A DNA stretch of 64,000 nt from the NCBI GenBank assembly GCA_965200965.1, contig OZ241744.1:3392001-3456000 (forward strand). Reading direction: 5' to 3'. How positions within the stretch are numbered: the first letter of the stretch is position 1; each line of letters begins with the position of its first letter. Below the pieces are notes generated by a model that saw only the letters and a program-made list of their open reading frames with translations, was not told the DNA's origin and did no database searches. Shown here one piece after another: positions 10,063-17,849 of the stretch. This DNA is from an uncultured Candidatus Binatia bacterium (GTDB taxonomy: Bacteria > Desulfobacterota > Binatia > Bin18). A program made the translations under genes and the position numbers.

Positions 10063-10098
10063 TGATATCCTCCGTTGATATTCTCCGTGTTTGCTGTG

Positions 10099-10377
10099 TC
10101 AGCGGGCTGCTGGGACCGTGTAGCCCGTGGCCTGCCGGACCTGCTGCATATACTGGCCGAGGTCAAGGTGGATGGTGAGGGCGTACTGGGCCAGGATATA
10201 GGGATGGACGCCCCGCACATACAGCCACCCCATGTCTGCGGCTTTGAGTTTGTCCCGCTCTTCATCGCTGAGTCCGTACCGGGCCGAGACGGCGTTCGGG
10301 TCCTGGTTGTAGCGGGCCAAGGCTTCTTCCGAGCGGAAGAGGTCTGACAGCATGATGTTGAGGCTCTGTGCGCTCAT
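10099..10377 (-). CDS. LigA-like small subunit of aromatic ring-opening dioxygenase
   Basis: 92 aa, DPNAVSARYGLSDEER...D...LYVRGVHPY pattern; AAGGAGG RBS; directly upstream of the LigB-like gene. Confidence 0.75.
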   Translation of the reverse strand: MSAQSLNIMLSDLFRSEEALARYNQDPNAVSARYGLSDEERDKLKAADMGWLYVRGVHPYILAQYALTIHLDLGQYMQQVRQATGYTVPAAR

Positions 10378-10479
10378 AGTCCCTCCTTTCATTCTGGTAT
10401 ACGCAGGACGGGCGCGTCAATCAAGAAGTCTGGTGTGTGATGAAAGACGGGGTGATGGAGAAACGGCCGTGAGGCGCAT

Positions 10480-11391
10480 TCAGCCCAGCAGTACCAGCCC
10501 AATCCCCAGCAGGATCATCAACACGCCGGGGAGCTGGCGGAGCACCTCGCGTTCCCGCCACACCAGCAGGGCCAGGATGGGGGCCAGGACGGCTTCGATT
10601 TGCCCGACGGCTTTTGAATAGGCCACCAGCGTCAGCGAGTAGGCCCAGAACCAACACAGGCTGCCGCTGAAGGACACCGCGCCGATCATCGCCATACGTC
10701 GCCAGTGGTTCGACACGAGCCGGAATTCCTGCCGGCGGGTCAGGCTGAGGGCCACGCTCAGCATCACGACTTCCATCCAGGTCGTGTGAAACAGGGTATG
10801 CACGGCCGGGGTAAAACGTTCGCTGCCCACGGCCGGGTTGGCCAACACAAACTGGGCGTTGGCGCTCTTGAGCAGAAAGCTGGCCAGGACCAGCAGGACG
10901 CTGCACGCCAGGGCCAGCACAGACCCGCTGCTCAGGTGGAAGGCCCGCCGCCAGCCCTGGGGACCATTCTCTCGACCGAGGTTTACCAGCAACACGCCGG
11001 CCCCGCACAGCACGACCCCGGCCCAGCCGAGCGGACTCGGAATCTCGGCAAAAAAGAGCACCCCGACCAGGGCGGTGAACACCACCTCGAGCTTATGCAG
11101 TACAATCGTCTCGGCAAAATTGGCGTGCCTGAAAGCCGACACCAGCGCGATATTGCCCAGCAGTTGGGTCACGGCGGTGGCCGCGCAGTAGGCAAAAAAG
11201 GGCGGGGGCAGGGCTGGCACGCCCACCAGCACCAGCAGGCTGAGCATCAGCAGGGTCGAGAGTGGAAGATTGAAGGTAAAGCGTGACCAGCTGTTGAGCG
11301 TCGGTGAGACCTGACCGGCGAGGCTTCTGGACAGGGCGTTGCGGGCGGTTTGCAGGCAGCCGGCGGCCAGACTGAGTTCAATCCAGGTCAC
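10480..11391 (-). CDS. EamA/DMT family transporter
   Basis: ~10 TM helices; QTARNA, LFFAE and KAVGQIE motifs. Confidence 0.85.
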   Translation of the reverse strand: MTWIELSLAAGCLQTARNALSRSLAGQVSPTLNSWSRFTFNLPLSTLLMLSLLVLVGVPALPPPFFAYCAATAVTQLLGNIALVSAFRHANFAETIVLHKLEVVFTALVGVLFFAEIPSPLGWAGVVLCGAGVLLVNLGRENGPQGWRRAFHLSSGSVLALACSVLLVLASFLLKSANAQFVLANPAVGSERFTPAVHTLFHTTWMEVVMLSVALSLTRRQEFRLVSNHWRRMAMIGAVSFSGSLCWFWAYSLTLVAYSKAVGQIEAVLAPILALLVWREREVLRQLPGVLMILLGIGLVLLG

Positions 11392-11424
11392 AGTCCGGTG
11401 TGTCTTCAGGGCGCATCATGCCCA

Positions 11425-11550
11425 TCACGCTGTTGCCAAGTTCCATCGCTTGTCCGCTCGGACCTCTAACGCGCCTCGTGTTTGAGCGTGTGTGCTTGTG
11501 GGGGCTGTAGCCATGCCCAGCACCATACCCAACGCGATAAGCCAGTTCAT
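11425..11550 (-). pseudogene. Truncated secreted-protein gene (signal peptide plus ~19 aa); probable remnant of a third array member
   Basis: GAGGAGG RBS, MNWLIALGMVLGMATAPTSTHA/QT signal peptide resembling the start of 13701-14621, then an early stop. Confidence 0.45.
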
Positions 11551-11612
11551 TGTCCTCCTCTCTGAACCCGGCCGTGCTGGGCTATCCTGAGCGGCTTTTG
11601 ATGGGTCTGGGG

Positions 11613-13502
11613 TTAGTCCGTTGGAACCAGGACAAAGCCTTGCACGGGTTCTTGCCACCGGAGAAGCACATCCTCGTCGGGGGCTGGAAAGTCATTCACC
11701 ACTACATCCCGCTCAGCACCCCGGACAAACTCCTCGCCGAGCGTGGTAACGGTGAAGCGGTTTTCTTGAATCGTCCGCCCGTCTACCACAAGGGCCGCGG
11801 TGTATGTCCCTTCCCCCATCAAATTCCAGTTCCATTGCGTGATAAAGCCGTTTTCGGTATCGCCGCATTGCGCTTCGGTATCGCCGCGGCTGATATTCCG
11901 GGCTACGGGCGGAATGCGTAACCCTCCGTCGATAACTATTTCCACAAGCTCCCCCTCGCATGCCCAGCCGGAGACAAAGCCTATGCCGCTCTGGAAGGAA
12001 CCATTGCCAGGCACCTCGAGCCGCGCCCGGGTTGGCGTAGCCGTGGGGCTAGCGGGGGTTGGCTCTGAGCCTGGAACCAGGACAAAGCCTTGCACGGGTT
12101 CCTGCCAGCGGAGCCGGGTATTCTCTCCGGGGCTAGGAAAATCCTGCACCTCAACATCCCGCTCTAGTCCTTTGATGAACTCTTGCCCCATTGTGGTAAC
12201 GGTGAAGGTGTTGGTCTGCATGGTTTGTCCGTCTACGACAAGGGCCGCGGTGTATGTCCCTTCCCCCATCAAATTCCAGTTCCATTGCGTGATAAAGCCG
12301 TTTTCGGTATCGCCGCATTGCGCTTCGGTATCGCCGCGGCTGATATTCCGGGCTACGGGTGGCAGGTGAAGCCCACCATCAATGACGATAGCGACACGCT
12401 CGGCTTCACACACCCAGCCCGACACATACCCTATGCCGCTCTGGAATGAGCCGTTGCCAGGGACTTCAAGGAAGGCAGGGCTAGATGTTGCCATAGGGGG
12501 ATCGGGTTCCGGGTCTGGCTCCGGGTCGGGTTCGGGCTCCGGGGGTGGGGGTGGACGGCGTGTTGTTGTGGGTGGGGGTGGAGGCAGAGGCCGGCCGTAC
12601 CGGTCATAGCCCGGGGGCAAGTGCCCATATACCCGTATGCCCCCGGAGCGCGCATACCTTTGCTCAAGCCCCTGTACGCGCACCGGGGGCAAGTTAACTA
12701 TCCGCGCGCCCTGCGGGGGTAACTGAAACTCGGCGCAACTCGGCCAGTACGGGTCCCCCCCCATACCCGAGCGCGCAGTGCAAGGGGAGAGGCCATTGGC
12801 TGCTGATACCAGAAGGAAGGTTCTATAGCCCTCTAGCCAGACCCAGGCGAATCCTCCAGCAAGAATGTGATTGCGGGGATGGTAAAAAAAGCTGAGAGTA
12901 CGATACCCCTCTATCAGGGTTGCCCTTCGCTCTGCCGGTGTTTGGGGAGGGGTGAGATTGAGATGACCAGTACAGGATAGGGAAACAGTATGATCCTCGT
13001 CGTATCCGTCATACTCCACGCATATCCTAAAGTCGTGCTGGTAGGCCGGCACGGGTGGAGAAAGAGAAGTCGTATCAAAAGGGAGATCACAAACAGCGAA
13101 GCGCTCCCATACGAAGGTAGGGTTGCTGGTAGCGTAAGGATAAGAGAAATAGGCATGCCCAGCATCATAGATAGAATGGATAGTACGGGGATTACCCGCA
13201 GGTGCCCATGGTCCGAACCACACTTCGGTTACATTCCCCGTGCAGCGATTGTTCGCCTCAGCTCGTATGTCGCTGAGACTCGGCGCAATGGCGGCTGGGC
13301 TTGACGTTGCTGCCCTTGCCGTAAAATAGTCCTTGATTACCTGGAATTCAGCTTCCACATAGCCGTTGGCGTTATAGGCGCTATACCCGTTGACGGCATG
13401 GCCACTATTGTGGCCACTGCCCGGCTGGCCGGGGTGTGCATCCGCCTTGCTGCCCGCTAGTAGCAGGGCCGCGGCCAGAGCCAGCAAGAGAAGCCGGTTC
13501 AT
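11613..13502 (-). CDS. Secreted modular protein: unique Cys-containing N-terminus, Pro/PEPD linker, two copies of a ~130-aa conserved C-terminal domain
   Basis: ATG 13502 gives signal peptide MNRLLLLALAAALLLAGSKADA; linker PPPPPTTTRRPPPPPEPEPDPEPD; 2x LEVPGNGSFQSGIG..SGW.CE...RGDTEAQCGD..NGF...WNWNL...DFP...LRWQEP. Confidence 0.85.
   Translation of the reverse strand: MNRLLLLALAAALLLAGSKADAHPGQPGSGHNSGHAVNGYSAYNANGYVEAEFQVIKDYFTARAATSSPAAIAPSLSDIRAEANNRCTGNVTEVWFGPWAPAGNPRTIHSIYDAGHAYFSYPYATSNPTFVWERFAVCDLPFDTTSLSPPVPAYQHDFRICVEYDGYDEDHTVSLSCTGHLNLTPPQTPAERRATLIEGYRTLSFFYHPRNHILAGGFAWVWLEGYRTFLLVSAANGLSPCTARSGMGGDPYWPSCAEFQLPPQGARIVNLPPVRVQGLEQRYARSGGIRVYGHLPPGYDRYGRPLPPPPPTTTRRPPPPPEPEPDPEPDPEPDPPMATSSPAFLEVPGNGSFQSGIGYVSGWVCEAERVAIVIDGGLHLPPVARNISRGDTEAQCGDTENGFITQWNWNLMGEGTYTAALVVDGQTMQTNTFTVTTMGQEFIKGLERDVEVQDFPSPGENTRLRWQEPVQGFVLVPGSEPTPASPTATPTRARLEVPGNGSFQSGIGFVSGWACEGELVEIVIDGGLRIPPVARNISRGDTEAQCGDTENGFITQWNWNLMGEGTYTAALVVDGRTIQENRFTVTTLGEEFVRGAERDVVVNDFPAPDEDVLLRWQEPVQGFVLVPTD
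11623..12020. repeat. Domain repeat copy A (~400 bp)
   Basis: 11788-11909 identical to 12238-12359. Confidence 0.9.
12073..12470. repeat. Domain repeat copy B (~400 bp)
   Basis: Shares identical blocks with copy A (offset 450) and copy C (12322-12446 = 13966-14090). Confidence 0.9.
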
Positions 13503-13570
13503 TCTTTCTCCTCCGCTTTCTTCGCCTTCCCCTTGGGGGCTATGCCGTTCCACAAACTCTTGATAGGCAT
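13499..13570 (-). CDS. Putative 23-aa micro-ORF (MPIKSLWNGIAPKGKAKKAEEKE) coupled to the downstream gene
   Basis: AAGGAGG SD 5 nt before the ATG; its TGA overlaps the next ATG (ATGA). Confidence 0.4.
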   Translation of the reverse strand: MPIKSLWNGIAPKGKAKKAEEKE

Positions 13571-13700
13571 GTGAGCCTCCTTGCTTGTTTGCCCTAGCCC
13601 TACCCCTAAGCCGGGTAAGAAACAATAGGCTATAAGGCTAGGGGTGAAGGCTTTTCGCCCGTTCTGGGGCGGTCCTGGGCGGTTTTTGCTGGGCTATCCG

Positions 13701-14621
13701 TTAGTCCGTCGAGCCTGGAACCAAGACAAAGCCTTGCGCGGGTTCCTGCCACCGGAGCCGGGTATTTTCACCCGGGCCGGGAAAATCATTCACCACTACA
13801 TCCCGCTCTAGTCCTTTGATGAACTCCTCGCCGAGCGTGGTAACGGTGAACGTGTTGCTCTGAATGGTTTGTCCGTCCACCACAAGGGCGGCCGTATAGG
13901 TTCCATCCCCCATCAAGTTATAGTTCCAATGCAGGATGAACCCGTTGTCTTGGTCTCCGCATATGGCTTCGGTATCGCCGCGGCTGATATTCCGGGCTAC
14001 GGGTGGCAGGTGAAGCCCACCATCAATGACGATAGCGACACGCTCGGCTTCACACACCCAGCCCGACACATACCCTATGCCGCTCTGGAAGGAACCATTG
14101 CCAGGAACTTCGAGATTGCCCACGGGTTCTTGTGGGGCTTCGGGTTCAGGCTCCGGGGTTGTCGGCCGCCGTGCCGGTGGTGGTGTGGCGCTCGGCGGCT
14201 CGCCATATTGGTTATAGCTCTCCGGGAGTTGAGAGCGATTCACCGTCGCGCCGGCAGGGGGCAAGCGGAGTTGTGCGCATGAAAGCCTAAGATTGTACCA
14301 GAAGTTTGTTCCAAAGGGCGGTTGGGCGTGACACGCATGAAGTAGCGTTAGCTCCCGAAGCCCTAAGGTGTAGGTAACAGGCTCTGTGGGGTTCCGAATC
14401 CAAAAGAAACCCGCGTCTGAAATGTCATCTACAGCAGGCAATGCCACAAATGGCCAGCCAGGAGTGTGGGAAGCGCCTTGTGCCGCGGCTCTGATGACCT
14501 GTTCCCGATATTCTTCTGCTGTGCTGGAGTAGGGCAGCGTAGACGTTGCCGTTGTGGTGGCCATCTGCCCAAAGGCCGGACTACTCAAAGCCAGCATCAG
14601 CACCACCATTAGCCAAGTCAT
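13701..14621 (-). CDS. Secreted modular protein with one copy of the same C-terminal domain
   Basis: Signal peptide MTWLMVVLMLALSSPAFG; unique N-terminus; PEPEPE linker; LEVPGNGSFQSGIG...LRWQEPAQGFVLVP domain. Confidence 0.85.
   Translation of the reverse strand: MTWLMVVLMLALSSPAFGQMATTTATSTLPYSSTAEEYREQVIRAAAQGASHTPGWPFVALPAVDDISDAGFFWIRNPTEPVTYTLGLRELTLLHACHAQPPFGTNFWYNLRLSCAQLRLPPAGATVNRSQLPESYNQYGEPPSATPPPARRPTTPEPEPEAPQEPVGNLEVPGNGSFQSGIGYVSGWVCEAERVAIVIDGGLHLPPVARNISRGDTEAICGDQDNGFILHWNYNLMGDGTYTAALVVDGQTIQSNTFTVTTLGEEFIKGLERDVVVNDFPGPGENTRLRWQEPAQGFVLVPGSTD
13717..14114. repeat. Domain repeat copy C (~400 bp)
   Basis: 125-bp block identical to copy B; other blocks match copy A. Confidence 0.9.
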
Positions 14622-14825
14622 TCTTTTTCCTTGCTGAACCCGCCCGTTCAGACGGGGTTCGGGGTGGGTCGTTCATGCCGAAGCCTTTGCGTTTCAGCTT
14701 CGGGGAGGGCCCGGGTGTTGTTCCTGATTGAGCCGGGTGAGCCGGACATTCAGTGGCCGGTCCTGGAGCATTGTGCCAGCCTGAGCCGCCAGTTCCAGGA
14801 GAGCCGCGGAATCCACCGTCGGGTG

Positions 14826-15533
14826 TCAAGAGCCTGGCAGGAGCCGGTTCAGGTCGTCTTGGAGTGTGGCCAGCACTCCATCCGCCACCGCCCCACGGTG
14901 ACGGATTTTGGCCTCACGGTAGACATCGGGGCGGAGTTCGGCCAGCTGCCTGGCCTCGTTCAGCGTCTCCTCAAGCAGGGTATCGGCCGGACACGCACGG
15001 TCCAGAAATCCCGCGTCAACCGCCCCAGCCGGGTCGTACAGACGGGCTTGGAGCGTGGCTTGGGTCAGGTGACGTTTGGACAGCCGTTCACCAGCCAGGG
15101 CCAGCAGAAAGTGCGGCAGGCTCATGCCGATAGCGACCTCGTTGAGGCCAATTCTGAAATCTCCTTCCGCTCCGATACGAGTATCCGCGGCCAGGAGCAT
15201 CAGGGCACCGGCGGCAATGGCGTGACCGGTGCAGGCAATCAGCAATGGTTGAGGATGGACATACATCTTCATCAGCATTGCGGCCCCGGCGGTGACTAAA
15301 CCACGGGCGGCTTGCGGTCCACCGTCGCGGAGCACGCTCAGGTCGAAACCGGCTGAAAAACGCCCCGGGCGACCGACAATCACAACCGCGCGCGCTTCCC
15401 GTACCGCCCGGTCAAGCCCGGCGTTCACCGCGTCAATACAAGCGTGGCTGACCGCGTTGGCCTTGCCGTCGTCAATTCGCAGCAGAGCGACTGAACCCGT
15501 GAGCTCGTAGTCCAGGATTTCAGGTGACATCAT
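14826..15533 (-). CDS. Crotonase/enoyl-CoA hydratase family protein
   Basis: IDDGKANA, GRFSAGFDL, ACTGHAIAAG and IGLNEVAIG motifs. Confidence 0.92.
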   Translation of the reverse strand: MMSPEILDYELTGSVALLRIDDGKANAVSHACIDAVNAGLDRAVREARAVVIVGRPGRFSAGFDLSVLRDGGPQAARGLVTAGAAMLMKMYVHPQPLLIACTGHAIAAGALMLLAADTRIGAEGDFRIGLNEVAIGMSLPHFLLALAGERLSKRHLTQATLQARLYDPAGAVDAGFLDRACPADTLLEETLNEARQLAELRPDVYREAKIRHRGAVADGVLATLQDDLNRLLPGS

Positions 15534-15686
15534 ACAGTATCCCTAGTCTGAATGGCATTGCACTATTCCACTATATCATAGCCTATGCAAGCCTCGCTGT
15601 CTGCCGCCCTGTGCTGGGCAGGAGGATTGTTCTCTGGTAGGATGTCCACAGACATGGGCGAAGCAAGCGGCAGAAAGGGGAAGCAT

Positions 15687-16664
15687 ATGGAACGTGTGAC
15701 ACGGCTCGGCTATCTCGGACTGAGCGTAAAAGACCTTGACGCATGGGAGCGTTTTGCGGCCGATATCCTTGGCCTCCAGCCAAACGGACGGGACGAGGAC
15801 GGTTCTCTTTTTCTGCGCATGGATGAGTACCACCATCGCTTCACCGTTCATCCCGACGGCAAGGATGATGTCGCCCATCTTGGCTGGGAGGTGGCGGATG
15901 AGCACGCCTGTCACACCCTGGCCGAGCAGCTGGAGGCGGCGGGTTTTGCGGTCAGCCCGGGGACGGCGGAAGAGAACGCCGCCCGTCGGGTGGCGGGGTC
16001 AGTGCGTTTTCAGGACCCGAACGGTATTCCGTCTGAAATTTTCTACGGTCCGCTGATGAGCTTTGAGAAGCCCTTTCAGTCGCCCCGGCCGATCTCTGGC
16101 TTTCGGACCGGCGAGCTGGGGCTCGGACATTTTGTGATTCTGGTCGATAATGCCGAACAGAGCATCCATTTTTATCGGGATGTGCTCGGTATGCGTATCA
16201 GCGACTATGTCCAGCTCACCCCGGCCCCGGGGGTCAGCTTGCAGGCCACGTTTTTCCACTGTAACCCGCGCCACCACACGATTGCGTTTATTGAATCATC
16301 GAAAATTGCCCGGCGGCTGAACCATTTCATGCTCCAGGTCCGGTCTCTGGACGATGTTGGCTCAACCTATTACCTGTGTCAGGATCGGGGCGTCCCGATC
16401 ACAATGAGCCTGGGTCGGCATACCAACGACCACATGACTTCCTTCTATATGCAGACGCCGTCGGGTTTCGCCGTCGAGTACGGCTGGGGGGCCCGCGAGA
16501 TTGATGACGCGACCTGGCAGGTCCAACTGCATAGCTCGGGCAGCATCTGGGGGCATCAGCGCCTGCAGGCCGGTCTGGCCGGGGTAGCGCAGGAACAGGT
16601 CACTACCCACACGAACGGATTGGAGAACATATGCAGTACGCACGACTTGGCAAAACAGGCCTGA
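15687..16664 (+). CDS. VOC-family extradiol ring-cleavage dioxygenase (BphC/HsaC-like)
   Basis: MERVTRLGYLG, LRMDEYHHR, GLGHFV, HCNPRHH, LNHFMLQ and GRHTND..SFYMQTPSGFAVEYG (His/His/Glu Fe ligands). Confidence 0.92.
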   Translation: MERVTRLGYLGLSVKDLDAWERFAADILGLQPNGRDEDGSLFLRMDEYHHRFTVHPDGKDDVAHLGWEVADEHACHTLAEQLEAAGFAVSPGTAEENAARRVAGSVRFQDPNGIPSEIFYGPLMSFEKPFQSPRPISGFRTGELGLGHFVILVDNAEQSIHFYRDVLGMRISDYVQLTPAPGVSLQATFFHCNPRHHTIAFIESSKIARRLNHFMLQVRSLDDVGSTYYLCQDRGVPITMSLGRHTNDHMTSFYMQTPSGFAVEYGWGAREIDDATWQVQLHSSGSIWGHQRLQAGLAGVAQEQVTTHTNGLENICSTHDLAKQA

Positions 16665-17659
16665 CGGTATCACGCATCTGTCTCGGCTGTATGAGCTATG
16701 GGGGTGGTCCGCAACCCGAATGGGCCATGCCGCGCGATTGGGCGCTCGGCAAAGACGAGGCGCGGGAGCATTTTGGGCTGGCGCTTGAGGCTGGGGTGAA
16801 TTTTTTCGACACGGCCGATGTGTACTCAATCGGGCTGAGCGAGGAGATCACCGGCCATTGGCTGAACGAGATGGCCAGCCGTGACGATATCGTGGTGGCG
16901 ACCAAGGTGTGGGGCAGGATGCGGGCCGGCCGGAATAGCGGTGGGCTGAGCCGCAAGCACATTGTTGAGGCATGTGAGAATTCCCTGCGCCGGCTCAGGA
17001 TGGACTACATTGACCTGTATCAGATCCACCGCTGGGACTTCAGCACGCCGATTGAGGAAACGCTGGACGCGCTCAATTCCCTGGTCCAGAGTGGCAAGGT
17101 GCGCTACCTGGGGGCCAGCAGTATGGCCGCCTGGCAGTTTTCCAAGGCGCTCTACACGGCCAAAGAAAACGGCTGGCAGCGGTTTGTGGCAATGCAAAAT
17201 CACTACAACCTGATCTACCGCGAGGAAGAGCGGGAAATGATCCCGCTGTGCATCGATCAGGGCGTTGGGCTGATTCCGTGGAGTCCGCTGGCGCGCGGGT
17301 TTTTTGCCGGGAACCGGGACCCCGAAGGTGGGGAGATGGTGACCAAGCGTGCCGAAACCGACGCCTTTGCCCACAAGAACTATTTCCGCGAGAACGATTT
17401 TGTGGTTGCCGCGACCGTTGAAAAGCTGGCCCACGAACGCGGTGTCAGTCCGACCCAGGTCGCGTGTGCCTGGGTGCTGCAAGCCCCGGGCGTAACCTCA
17501 CCGATTATCGGGGCAACCAAGGTCCATCACTTACAGGAGATTTTCAAGGCGGTTGATATCCAGTTGAGCGCCGAAGAGGTGGCGAGACTTGAAGATCCCT
17601 ATCAGCCGCATCCGGTGCTGGGCCATGTGCAGCCGGGTCCCAAGAAAATGGTTGGGTGA
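16631..17659 (+). CDS. Aldo/keto reductase
   Basis: LGKTGLTVSRICLGCM, FFDTADVY, VATK, DYIDLYQIHRWD and PWSPLARG motifs. Confidence 0.95.
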   Translation: MQYARLGKTGLTVSRICLGCMSYGGGPQPEWAMPRDWALGKDEAREHFGLALEAGVNFFDTADVYSIGLSEEITGHWLNEMASRDDIVVATKVWGRMRAGRNSGGLSRKHIVEACENSLRRLRMDYIDLYQIHRWDFSTPIEETLDALNSLVQSGKVRYLGASSMAAWQFSKALYTAKENGWQRFVAMQNHYNLIYREEEREMIPLCIDQGVGLIPWSPLARGFFAGNRDPEGGEMVTKRAETDAFAHKNYFRENDFVVAATVEKLAHERGVSPTQVACAWVLQAPGVTSPIIGATKVHHLQEIFKAVDIQLSAEEVARLEDPYQPHPVLGHVQPGPKKMVG

Positions 17660-17668
17660 AAAGCAGGG

Positions 17669-17690
17669 GGCGGAAAAACTTCCGCCTTTC
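17669..17690 (+). terminator. Rho-independent terminator-like hairpin
   Basis: GGCGGAA-AAAC-TTCCGCC followed by TTTC. Confidence 0.55.
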
Positions 17691-17719
17691 GTAGCAGCGT
17701 GTCCCGAAAGAGGGTGGTC

Positions 17720-17750
17720 TTGACAAAGTAGACCTTGAAGGTCTATATTC
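17720..17750 (+). promoter_or_regulatory. sigma70 promoter with overlapping palindromic Rrf2/IscR-type operator
   Basis: TTGACA-N18-TATATT containing TAGACC-TTGAA-GGTCTA (GAC-N7-GTC core); near-identical element at 21499. Confidence 0.7.
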
Positions 17751-17849
17751 CGGGCCGGTTAGAAAATCCGCAAGTTCCTGAAAGGTCTGCAAAAACAGGC
17801 GAGAGCCCCGGTCTTCTCCAGCCGCATGACCCGTCTCTGAGGAATACGC

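Noticed and set aside
11555-11620. Integron attC-like site (TAAC...GTT about 58 nt apart) between array genes
   Set aside because: R boxes do not fit RYYYAAC/GTTRRRY, there are no complementary L boxes, and no integrase is in the window.
11613-14621. Diversity-generating retroelement TR/VR pair
   Set aside because: No reverse transcriptase; differences between copies are block-wise rather than adenine-specific, and all copies are coding.
14640-14710. Possible c-di-GMP-I (GEMM) riboswitch upstream of the secreted-protein array (minus strand ACGCAAAGGCTTCGGCATGAAC, plus hairpins)
   Set aside because: The upstream GGCAAA-stem-GNRA element is not present; only generic hairpins (CCGAAGC/GCTTCGG, GAACCC/GGGTTC) are supported. 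An Rfam scan would settle it.
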